Positions 1 through 9,700 of a stretch of DNA of 64,000 nucleotides are shown one piece after another; the first letter of the stretch is position 1; each line of letters begins with the position of its first letter. The translations under genes and the position numbers were made by a program. The stretch lies in NCBI GenBank assembly GCA_965215015.1, contig OZ244042.1, positions 2,816,001-2,880,000 of the forward strand. Reading direction: 5' to 3'. This DNA comes from Candidatus Poribacteria bacterium (lineage in GTDB: Bacteria; Poribacteria; WGA-4E; PCPOR2b). The notes under the pieces were generated by a model, which did not search any database, was not told the origin of the DNA, and saw only the letters and a program-made list of their open reading frames with translations.

Positions 1-16
1 ATATCACGAATCGGGC

Positions 17-1102
17 ATGTATGCCCTAAGCCCCACTGTGACACGTACGCCTTCTGGGAACCTGTTGGTAACATTCCAAAGAGCGACACATTTGGGGTAT
101 TCCCATCATGAACACCCGCTGTTCAATGTGCAGGCGTGCCGGTCCGAGGACGAGGGACAGACTTGGAGCGGCCCCCACCTCGTAACTGTTGACCCCCGCG
201 GAGGAGTCATGGATCGCGGCGTCCACACCCTGCCAGACGGGAGTATCTTTCTACACTCATCCTGCACCGAGTTGGTCCCCGCGGCGGATGCGGTAGAACA
301 TGGAGGGAGCTGGATTGTACAACATGGCAAACCTTTCTGGGTGCGGTCACGCGACGATGGGCATACTTGGAGTGCTCCCAAACGCTTTCCGCCTCTACCC
401 GACGCGGTTTGGGGACACCCCGCACAGCATTCAGGGGTCAGTCGGAGCGGCTTGCTTGTCCTGCCAGATGGACGCCTACTCATGCCGAGCAAGGCAACCG
501 ACCTCACCACCGGCGAGTTTCGTTACTTTGGCATGTTACGGGTGTCGAAGGACATGGGGGAGACGTGGGAATATGGCGGCCGGATTGCGGAAGATCCAGT
601 TGCCCACTTCAGTGAGCCAACGATCCACAGGACTCCTAGCGGCCGTATTTTGGTGCTGTTTCGCTGTCATCCGGGACGATTGGGACCCGACATCGTTCGA
701 GATCAAGGATTCAAGGGTCCCTTCACAGAAGATCCGCAGTTCGTTGGCCGTCTCATCGTACTAGTCTACTCTGACGACGACGGGGAGACATGGTCGCCAT
801 GGCGACCAACCATGGTTCACGGCAGTCCAGGGCACATGCTAGGGTTGAGGGATGGACGCATTTTTCTCACAATAGGCACTCGGTGGGAAGGACAGCGAGG
901 CTGCGTCGCTAGGGTGTTAGATCCGGAAGGAAGCGATTTAGATACCGCGCCTGAGTTTGTGATAGAGGACAACGCATTGAGCGCAGACTGTGGCTATCCT
1001 TGGTCGGTGGAGCTCAACGATGGACGGGTTCTGGTCGCCTATTGGCACCATTATCCGGACAATCACAGGGGCATCGAAGGTGCAATCCTCGAAGAGGTTT
1101 AG
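17..1102 (+). CDS. BNR/Asp-box sialidase-like glycoside hydrolase (beta-propeller); may extend 5' of the window
   Basis: Four Asp-box motifs (SEDEGQTW, SRDDGHTW, SKDMGETW, SDDDGETW), SEP motif, and C-terminal DCGYPWSVELNDGRVLVAYW. Confidence 0.85.
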   Translation: MYALSPTVTRTPSGNLLVTFQRATHLGYSHHEHPLFNVQACRSEDEGQTWSGPHLVTVDPRGGVMDRGVHTLPDGSIFLHSSCTELVPAADAVEHGGSWIVQHGKPFWVRSRDDGHTWSAPKRFPPLPDAVWGHPAQHSGVSRSGLLVLPDGRLLMPSKATDLTTGEFRYFGMLRVSKDMGETWEYGGRIAEDPVAHFSEPTIHRTPSGRILVLFRCHPGRLGPDIVRDQGFKGPFTEDPQFVGRLIVLVYSDDDGETWSPWRPTMVHGSPGHMLGLRDGRIFLTIGTRWEGQRGCVARVLDPEGSDLDTAPEFVIEDNALSADCGYPWSVELNDGRVLVAYWHHYPDNHRGIEGAILEEV

Positions 1103-1285
1103 TCAGCTGAGTCAAGTTATAATAACCAATGGTGGTAGTTTGCAACTGTTGATACGTTCCTAATTTAGTGCATTGGTTCATTACTGAACGAATGTACTAA
1201 TACCCATGAACTCAATATTCTCACCAGCTAGTACCAAAGGTTAATAAGAGAGGCATCAGCACCACGATAGGCAGAAGGAGTTGCT

Positions 1286-1721
1286 TCAAGGGTTGCCGCG
1301 TTTGACCCAGCAATGCAATGCTTGAAAATCTCTCTTCTCCTCAAATCCTAGCTTGCGGGCAAGGGCATTGAACGCAAAATTTTCCGGGCTACAGTGCCAC
1401 ACAGAGGTTACGCCTTTCGCAGCGCAGCTTGTCAATAAAAGCGGCGGTGACCAGCGTTGCGAAGCCGCGCTTACTGAATGCTTCTGCTGTTGTAACTGAA
1501 ATATCGCATATTCCATTGCCGGAAATGAGTGAACACCAAATACTAACGACTTTATCCTCCCGAGGGTGCTGGAGTAGCAAGATCGCTGCTCGGAAAAACT
1601 TTCCAACTGCCAGACTGGATGGCAAACCATCGCCTTGTTGGACCGATGCCAGCGAAACAGTGGCATGTTGACGGTAGGTCTGGATTTGAGCGACTAGGTC
1701 GGGCAATCTTGCCCAACCCAT
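1286..1721 (-). pseudogene. Frameshifted GNAT acetyltransferase remnant
   Basis: One frame gives CDISVTTAEAFSKRGFATLVTAAFID (motif A). It continues in another frame as SCAAKGVTSVWHCSPENFAFNALARKLGF (motif B). One extra base at about 1429-1430. Confidence 0.7.
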
Positions 1722-1725
1722 AGCC

Positions 1726-3213
1726 TCAAAGAGGTGAGAGGTGTGTTTGAGGTACTTCCTCGGCGGCGTTTACCCCAGCGATGCGCCCGAAAACTGTGCC
1801 AGCCATCATCCCTGCCCCGGATGGGTAATTTCCATGCCAAAGTCCGCCTACCATCTCGCCTGCAGCGTAGAGTCCGGGGATAGGGTAACCCATGGTGTGG
1901 ACCACCCGCGCTTCAGGCGTGACTCGTAGACCGCCAAAGGTAAACGTCATCCCACATACCACCGGAAAGCCCTCAAAGGGAGGCGTGTCTATAGGGAGTG
2001 CCCAGTTGCTTCGGGATGGGGTAATACCTATAGTCTTTTTTCCGTCCAACCGAAAGGGGTTAAATTCGCCCTGCTGGACAGCGGCGTTAAATTCGCTCAC
2101 AGTATGGATGAATGCCGCAATATTAGGGATGCCCAACTGTTGTGCTAGATTTTCTAGGGTGTTTGCCTTGAACCCGGTAGCTTTCTCGTATCCCCGGATG
2201 ACCTCTAACTGCCGATGCTTATGGTCAAAAATCTGGAACGCTATGCCTTGTGGTTGGGCGAGAATGGCTCTCCCAATCTTTGCATAGGTGAGCCCTCGCC
2301 AAGTTTCACCCTCGTCTATGAATCGATGCCCGTTAAGGTTGATCATAATCCCAAAGGGATAGGAATAACGACTCCAAAAATCTCCTCTGATATCAGGGCC
2401 CGGAACATCGAAGGGCGGACGATTCAGGTCTTGAGGTGAGGCATGGCAACTCGACCAACTCCCGTAGGGCAACGCCCCCCGCTCCACCGCCATAGCGAGC
2501 CCGTCACCGGTATTGTAGGGGACTCCCCGTAGCTTGACAGCTTCCCACTCAGGACCGAGGTGCCGGGCGCGCATTTCCGGGTTGGACTCGAAGCTGCCAC
2601 AAGCCAAGACCACCGCTCTGCCGTAGAAGTTACAGTAACCCTGAGACGTTTTTGTTCGCACCCCTGTTACCTTGCCCTGTAAATCCTGAAATAAGCCGAT
2701 TACGCTGGTGTTGTAGTGCACGGATACGCCTAGCTTCTCAACCGTTCTGAACCACTGTTCTTGGAGGCCATAGCCGCCACCGTTGAATGATACTGCGTTG
2801 GCAGAAACCGGGTTCGCGTAGGTCGGGATCCAGGTATGTCCGTGGGAACTCATCCACCGGACGGTTGGCGCAGCTTGAGTGACCAAAACCTCCGCGAGTT
2901 CCGGATTGCTCTTGCCTTCCGTCACGGTCATAATATCGTCATAGTAGTCAGCGGAGGTGTACCTACCGATCCTGTCAGCCATGCGACAGAGGTCCGCCGA
3001 GGGTGCACCGGACAGCAGCGGTGTCAACTCATCCATGCTGTCATAAGGAAACCGCATGTGCACGGTCAGCGCGCTGTTTCCGCCTCGGTGCTGACGTGTT
3101 GCCTTCTCTAGAACGACGACCTCCGCTCCACCCTCTCGTGCGGCTACCGCTGCTGAAAGAGCGGCGTTGCCAGCCCCAACGACGATGACCTGTGTCCACA
3201 CTTCTGCATCCAT
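1726..3213 (-). CDS. tcuA: FAD-dependent tricarballylate dehydrogenase TcuA/CobZ-like flavoprotein
   Basis: VVGAGNAA FAD motif, RGGNS, RGVPYNTGDG, TFTFGGL, IPGLYAAGEMVGG, NYPSGAG and VFGRIAG typical of the TcuA family. Confidence 0.7.
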   Translation of the reverse strand: MDAEVWTQVIVVGAGNAALSAAVAAREGGAEVVVLEKATRQHRGGNSALTVHMRFPYDSMDELTPLLSGAPSADLCRMADRIGRYTSADYYDDIMTVTEGKSNPELAEVLVTQAAPTVRWMSSHGHTWIPTYANPVSANAVSFNGGGYGLQEQWFRTVEKLGVSVHYNTSVIGLFQDLQGKVTGVRTKTSQGYCNFYGRAVVLACGSFESNPEMRARHLGPEWEAVKLRGVPYNTGDGLAMAVERGALPYGSWSSCHASPQDLNRPPFDVPGPDIRGDFWSRYSYPFGIMINLNGHRFIDEGETWRGLTYAKIGRAILAQPQGIAFQIFDHKHRQLEVIRGYEKATGFKANTLENLAQQLGIPNIAAFIHTVSEFNAAVQQGEFNPFRLDGKKTIGITPSRSNWALPIDTPPFEGFPVVCGMTFTFGGLRVTPEARVVHTMGYPIPGLYAAGEMVGGLWHGNYPSGAGMMAGTVFGRIAGVNAAEEVPQTHLSPL

Positions 3214-3237
3214 GATATCTTCCTTGGGAACGTTCCT

Positions 3238-3510
3238 GAAACGGGACCGATTTCATCACGCAGCCGCATGAGCTTGGCTGGCGTGTGAATGATGTCAAGG
3301 ATTTGCATCTCAAAGCACAATGTTACGCCGTGATCCGCAGCAATCTTCCCATGCTCTTTCCAGTACGGAATTAACCTTTTTTCCCACTGCCATTCCAGTG
3401 CTTCAGGAAAACCCTCCTTATCGGTGTTGACAATCCAGTTCGGAGACTTGTCCCCTTCCGCGCCCTCCGGCACCCCAGCGACTACGACCAAACGGGTGAC
3501 GCCAATCTTT
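3238..3510 (-). pseudogene. Internal fragment of a sugar-phosphate isomerase/epimerase (xylose-isomerase-like TIM barrel)
   Basis: KIGVTRLVVVAGVPEGAEGDKSPNW...LEWQWEKRLIPYWKEHGKIAADHGVTLCFEM...LRDEIGPV. No start codon; cut at 3510/3511 where the shared 3' tail of the giant-gene cassette begins. The family C-terminal half is missing. Confidence 0.7.
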
Positions 3511-3755
3511 TAAACTATGAAAATGTACAAAAGCTTTACGCTGTATATTTTTAATATCTCGGATGTTATCACAAATGCAGGTGGGACGCTATGAAAAACT
3601 TCAAGGACGATATGGCAGTGGGTTGTCACTGGTTTATCATTTGTACAAAAAAATAGCTGTTGAATGTCTCATTGGGAAGAGGCATTCAACAGCTATATCT
3701 AAGTCGGGAAGATGCCCCCCCTACGAATGGCTTGGTAGGAGAGGCATCAGCAGGG
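3511..3755. repeat. 3' flank of giant-protein cassette 1, homologous to 25055-25307 and partly to 62098-62227
   Basis: taaactatgaaaatgtacaaaagctttacg...ggtttatcat..gtacaaaaaaa is near-identical at 3511 and 25055. Confidence 0.9.
3647..3695 (-). terminator. Rho-independent terminator of giant gene 1
   Basis: Stem tagctgttgaatgtctc / gaggcattcaacagcta with an A7 run (U-tract on the minus strand). Confidence 0.85.
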
Positions 3756-6700
3756 TTACTTCAGAATCAGCATCTTACGGGTTGCCGAGAATTCTCCTGC
3801 ACTGAGGCTGTAGAAGTAGATGCCACTGGCAACCTGTTCACCGAAACGGTTTCGCCCGTCCCAGTAGATGGCTTTGGCTCTCGACTCATAGACAGCCGCT
3901 GTCTGATGCCCCATATCGAGGGTTCGCACTACCTGACCGGTGCTATCGTAGATGGTCAAGACGACGTCCGCATCTGATGCTAACCGATACGGTATCCACG
4001 TTTCGGGGTTGAATGGATTGGGATAGTTGCGCAGCAGCTCCGTCTCTGACGGAATCTCATAGGCGATGAGGTCTGCCAACTCAATCCGAGTGGCTTTCAC
4101 ATCGTCAACCGTAACGATATGACGCACCGGCTGGACACCGATTAACGGACTGGGTGAATCTGCTGAAATCTCCAGGACATCTCCAACCTGTGCCGCATGA
4201 CCCACCTTCAGGTCAACAAAGGTCATGTTGTAACCTGTTGCTGTCTCAGTAGAGGTCACCCGGTTGAGTGCGGCTTTGGTGGACAGATTCTTCACCTTGA
4301 CCCGGAATCCGTCCTGCACCACTCCGGTGGTCTCATCAACGACCGAACCGTTGACATCGAGGACGGGGGTTTGACCGGCAACCTGATGGCTAACCAACGC
4401 GATAGGGGCAGCCGCCGCCGTGTCGTGACTCCAACCTGTTCCGATAAGTGCAGCGGTTGCATCGGTGGTGGCTGTGACCAGATAGGCAGCATCGCCCATG
4501 ACCGGGCCATCGCCTGAATCGCCTGCCGCTGCAACGGACTTGTATCCATCCGCCGTTGAAACAACGACACTCGCGACAACGCCGGTAGCAAATAGCGCGG
4601 CAATGTCGCTGACATTGTTCAGTCTCGCATCATTAACGGGTAGACCAATGAGGTTAGAACCGGCGGTGAGATTGATGGTTGATGCACCGTCGTCCCACGC
4701 ATACCCTGTGAAAGTCACCGTCGCTTCAGCACTCATCGAAACGAGGATACCCAGGTCTGCGGTAATCGGCACATCGTCGCTACGACTATTCCATAAGTCG
4801 TTGGCACTATCATAGACGATGAGCAGATTGGCGTCGCTGCCGAGCATCTCTCGGAGGTCTCCTACCGTGTTGAGCCCCTCAACTGCCAACGGGATGTGGA
4901 ACAGGCTCGTACCCGCCGGTATCTGCGAGGTATAGGACAGTTTGTTGTCCAACGTAACCATCGCCGTGCCGCTGCCGCTGTTGCCTGCGGCGTCGATAGC
5001 GGTTACAGTGATGGTTTTGGCCCCGTTGAGGGTTGTGTTAGCTTCACTGACAACGACTGAGGCACTGTAAGCACCATCGGCCCCCATCGTCAGACTGATC
5101 ATATCGGTTTGAGTGGTGTCTAACATGGAGACATCCGCCATCACGGAGGTGATGCTGCTCGCGTCCGAGACGGTCGCAGAGATTACCACCGGCTCACCGT
5201 TGGCCACGGTCTCAGGAGACGCCATCGCCATCACGGTCGGCATTGTGCTATCAAGTGTCAACGCATTGGACACCATCGCACCTTGACCATTCAGACTGAC
5301 AGACACATCATACATCCCATCGGCGTGCTGATCTGCGACGACGGTAAACGACCCGCTGTAGGCACCGCTCGATACTTCTGCCATCGACCGGTCGGTGACA
5401 ATGGAACCGACGGAGAACATCACGGTTCGACCGGCTGTCCCCATCGCGCTAACGGTGACGGTATCGCCCGCCATAGCCAGTGCCGGTTCAATCGTGACGC
5501 TGCCTTCGGTAATGGCTATCACAGAGGTGGTGACCGTGACCGGATGGCTCGCCATCGTCAGTCCCGGTGCTGTTGCGGTAATCGTTGCGATACCGGGGGT
5601 CGCATCTTGATAGTAGACCATCGCTGAGACCTCGCCGCCTGCAACGGTCACGGTGATGCTCTCGGTTCCCGTCCCTTCAGCGAGCTCAGAGAAGGTGCCC
5701 GCGGAGCTGGAGGTCAGGGTGACCGACACATCGGAGCCCATCGCCACCTCATGCCCATCGGCATCTCTCAACCCGACGGTGATACCTAACGGCATCGCGC
5801 CGTCGTCGGCAGAAACCGTGCCGGCACTGCTCAGTATGAGTTGGGTCGGCGTCGAGTCTTGGACGCGCACCGACACATTGGAATCTACCGGTCGACCATC
5901 AAAAAGCATGACGAAGTTAGAGACCTCACGGTTGGCAGGGGCGTCGGCATTGTGGTAGTTGAAGCTGATTTCATCACCCGCTTCGACCTCAAGCCCGCCC
6001 AATTTCACACGCGCAACCATGTCTCGGGCGACCGGTGCCAGTTTCTCGACACTCACCGTCGTCGCAACTCCCATATGCCGGTGCACCACGGTGTAGGTTC
6101 CCTTATTTTCAGGGTCCATCGCCGCACTGCTCGGTGCCGTCCAACCGGCGGGCACCTGCACCCGGAATTCCCGCGGCGCGCTGATGATGCCGACGGCGGT
6201 GTAGGTAAAGGTCAGGTTCACACCCGTCGCCCCGGCGTCTACAATCCTCGGCGCAACCTCACCGGAACCGGCACCCTGTCTCGCCTCGCCGACGTCGACG
6301 GTCAGCATGGTCTCATCGCCGGAGACATTTGCAAACGAATCGGCTGCATCGCCCCCGTGCACTCCAACCGCAAAGGCGACACCGGTGCCCACGTTGGGCT
6401 GCACATCACCTGTATAGACAAAGGTCACGGTCCCGTTGGCACTCAAGTTGACCCCTTCGACGATAGCCATTTGACCACTAAAGGTGGGTGGGATTGCTGG
6501 TGTAATTTCCACCGTATCCGCCGTCGGTGCAGACCAATCGGCGGGAACCTCGAGCCGCACCTTGCCACCTATCATTTGACCGGCTGCCGTGTAGGTGACG
6601 GTCAGCTCCCTGCCGGTATCACCGGTATGAAGTGTACCCTCCCCATCGGTCACAGCAATGACGGCTTTGCCTTTACCACTGGCTTGTGGGTTGACTGTGA

Positions 6701-9700
6701 CGGTCGGCTGCGTTTGAATCGGTGCGAGGTTACCGCCTTCACCGCCCCGAACGGCAAACCGAAACGCATCCACCCCGGTCGTGGCAGCAGCGACCGCACG
6801 CCCTGCCTCGGTCGCACCGTAGGTAATCGTTATATCATTGGCTTTGTCAAGCGAAAAGATAGGAACGGTCACAGAGAATTTATCATCGTCCGTGACGCTG
6901 CCAAGTCCCACGCCCTCCACCTCGGTATACCCCGGTAGACTGACCTCTTCGACCTGCGGTTGACTCCAGCTCGACGGAACGGTGAATCTCAGCATACCAT
7001 CTTCAATCGTCTGACTCGGTTTGTAGGTAAACACCAATTTCACATCGTCGGACGCCGCACGGACTGAGGGGGTATCCAATGTAACCGTTCCCGTCCCGTC
7101 CAATGCGCTGGTCACTTTGACTTGTAAGATACCGGGGGCATCTTTATAAATCCTCTGGGTCTTGTCCGGGTTCTTTATCTTCTCCCGGCCGGTGTGTTCC
7201 AAGTCGCTGGTAAGGACGTCGAAAACGCCGTCGCCATCCCCATCGGATCTAATCACGAACTGGGCGGTGCCAACATTGTCCTGAACCTCTGCACCGACAG
7301 CGGCACCGGTGCCACCTCCATAGATAAATCGGAAACTCCCTCCTTTGGCAAGCGTATCGATGGTCGCTATCGCATAGCGATCGTTTATATCATCAGGATC
7401 CAAGGAGACCCCCGCGCCGCGCGTCGTCACATAATTCCGCTGGGTCGGGTCATTCTGCATCGACCCCCAACCGTCTGGAATTTCAAGGCTTACAGCACCA
7501 CCGTCCATCGTGCCGGCTGCGGTGAACACGACCTCAATCGCCCGATTGCTACTACCCGCCTCAATCGTCCCCGGCGATAGCACGGCTGCCCCCATACCGT
7601 CTTCGACGTTGCTCAGCGTGACGGTGGCGGTCCCAGCGGTCCGGGTGCTGGCACCCGATGACGTTCTAAAGGTGCCGGACACTTGGACTGCACCGGCGGC
7701 ATGATGTAAGACGGCTCGACTATCATCGGCAGCACCATACGTAATCGTGACGGAGCCCCCGACATCGAGCTGACCGATTGCAACGGTGATGGTGCGCCCG
7801 GAGATGGTTATCTGATCCGCACCAATCGCCCCGGCATTCCTGCTCTTTTGTGCCTCGCCGGAGACGGATACCTCACCGGCGGTCGCGTCTGCCTTGGTCG
7901 GAGGACTGCCCAAAGTGGACGGGATGGTCAACCGCACCTCGCCGTCCCGTATGGGGGTCGAATCCGCTATAAACTTGAAATTGATAGTCTGTTCACTTCC
8001 GGCGGAGAAAGTGGCCTCGCCGTCGACTTCAAATCGAACCGCATCGCCTGAGGTCTTCACAACCGAGAGGATGGAACGATCATCAATGTCGGTCGCCTGG
8101 CCCTCCTCAAGTGGCTTACCATCAACGTTCACCTCCCAGAGATACTCGTCGGCTTCTGCGAGGATATTGACCCTGCGGATTCTGGCGGTCACGGTTTTCC
8201 CTTTTTCAAGGTCGAGACTTGACCACTCAATCATATTTCCATCAGCATTTACCACTAACCCTTCAGAACCCGAAACATAACCATAGTCCGTCGAGGTATC
8301 GGTTTGGAGTTTCTGATCATCATCGATAACAATGCCATCCGGCTCAATCGTTATAGTTGCACCCTCAAGATCGGTGTAGGCGGTATACGTCAGGGTGATA
8401 TCCCTCCGTTGAGAACCCGCCTCTACAGACGATGGCTCCAAGTCCAACTTACCAGAACCCGCCTTAGCAACCCACTCCCCACCACTGACGTCGGCCTCGG
8501 GTATAGGGGCGGTCGTAGAACCGACAGTGGTCTCCGCGGTGATATCGGCATCAGCACTGTCACCAATCCCCTCCTCACGAGTATACGAAACAATAATTTG
8601 CTGACCCTTATCAAGCGTCTCAATGGGGATAGTTAGCTTCGCGGGGGTCGGGGGGTTCGCGGGATCCGGGGGGTCCGGGGCCATACCGGCCGTAACAGTC
8701 CAAGGAGTAGTGGGGTCTGTGGAGTAGTCTAATTTTGCCCCGCCCCTGGTGTCCACATTAAAATTCTCAGCCACGGGGGTGTTCTGTGGCCCTAAATGTG
8801 CCATATCTAGGCCTGGGGGGCCAAATGATAAATCTAGGGAACTACCGTGCATCGGCCCAGGGGCTGTGAAGGTGAGAGTGAATTCGGTATTTTCCTCACC
8901 CGAAAATACCCGCCCCGGTTCAATTGTCAGCTTTCTTTTGAGAGGGTCACGGTCGGTACCCCCTCCTATAATATTGCCAACTCTGACAGCGGGCCGATCG
9001 AACAGACCAAGCACATCGTTCCGGGTACTCTCACTGCATAGGAATTCATAGATCTCATACGGAGCACCCCGGTTGTCCGTATGAGACAGACGAGAAGGAA
9101 TCGGAGCCGTTACATCACCCAGTAGGATGAGGAGTTCTCTATCACGCCGCTGGGGACCCCACGCCGAATCGAAGGCGACGGTTATCCGCTTGTCCGCTTC
9201 AAAGTCCACCCTATCCGTATCACTATCTGCTAAGACGGTGCCAGCTCCATCCGTGCTGTATAACCCTATTACCGTACTATCATCACCCACCTCCCTCTCT
9301 ATGATCGATATAAACTTGTTAGACACCTTCCAACCGGATGGAAACGCTATCCGAAAGCGACCACCAGACAGGTTATCAGTCGTTGGTGTGTAGGTAAATT
9401 TCAGAACGTTCCGAAGACTGCCAGCAGCAAGCGGAAGCGTGTTGTCAGTAGCAACAGTAATATCTGGAAGCTCATCATCAGCCGCTTCTCGGAAACCCCA
9501 ACCTACCTCTACCTCTGCGGCTCCTTGGACGCGCAGATAAAAGTTGGCGTCGGACTCTGCTCTAGGCTCGTCGGCGGGTACTCCGGGGTCGCCTAATCGT
9601 TGTCTTCTGTTGTGAATACTTGGATCATGAGTAACTCCATAGAGTGGAGCTGGTAACAGTATTCCATGTCTGTCAAAATTAGGGGCTCCGTGACTTCCAT

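Noticed and set aside
3563-3805. Small ORF MLSQMQV.RYEKLQGRYGSG shared by 3563 and 25107
   Set aside because: No RBS, lengths and frames diverge after about 24 codons, and it runs through the terminator; treated as non-coding tail or an unidentified remnant.
4197-9393. Many plus-strand ORFs inside giant genes 1-3 (e.g. 5841-6938, 27633-28340)
   Set aside because: Antisense shadow ORFs caused by codon bias; their conservation merely mirrors the paralogy.
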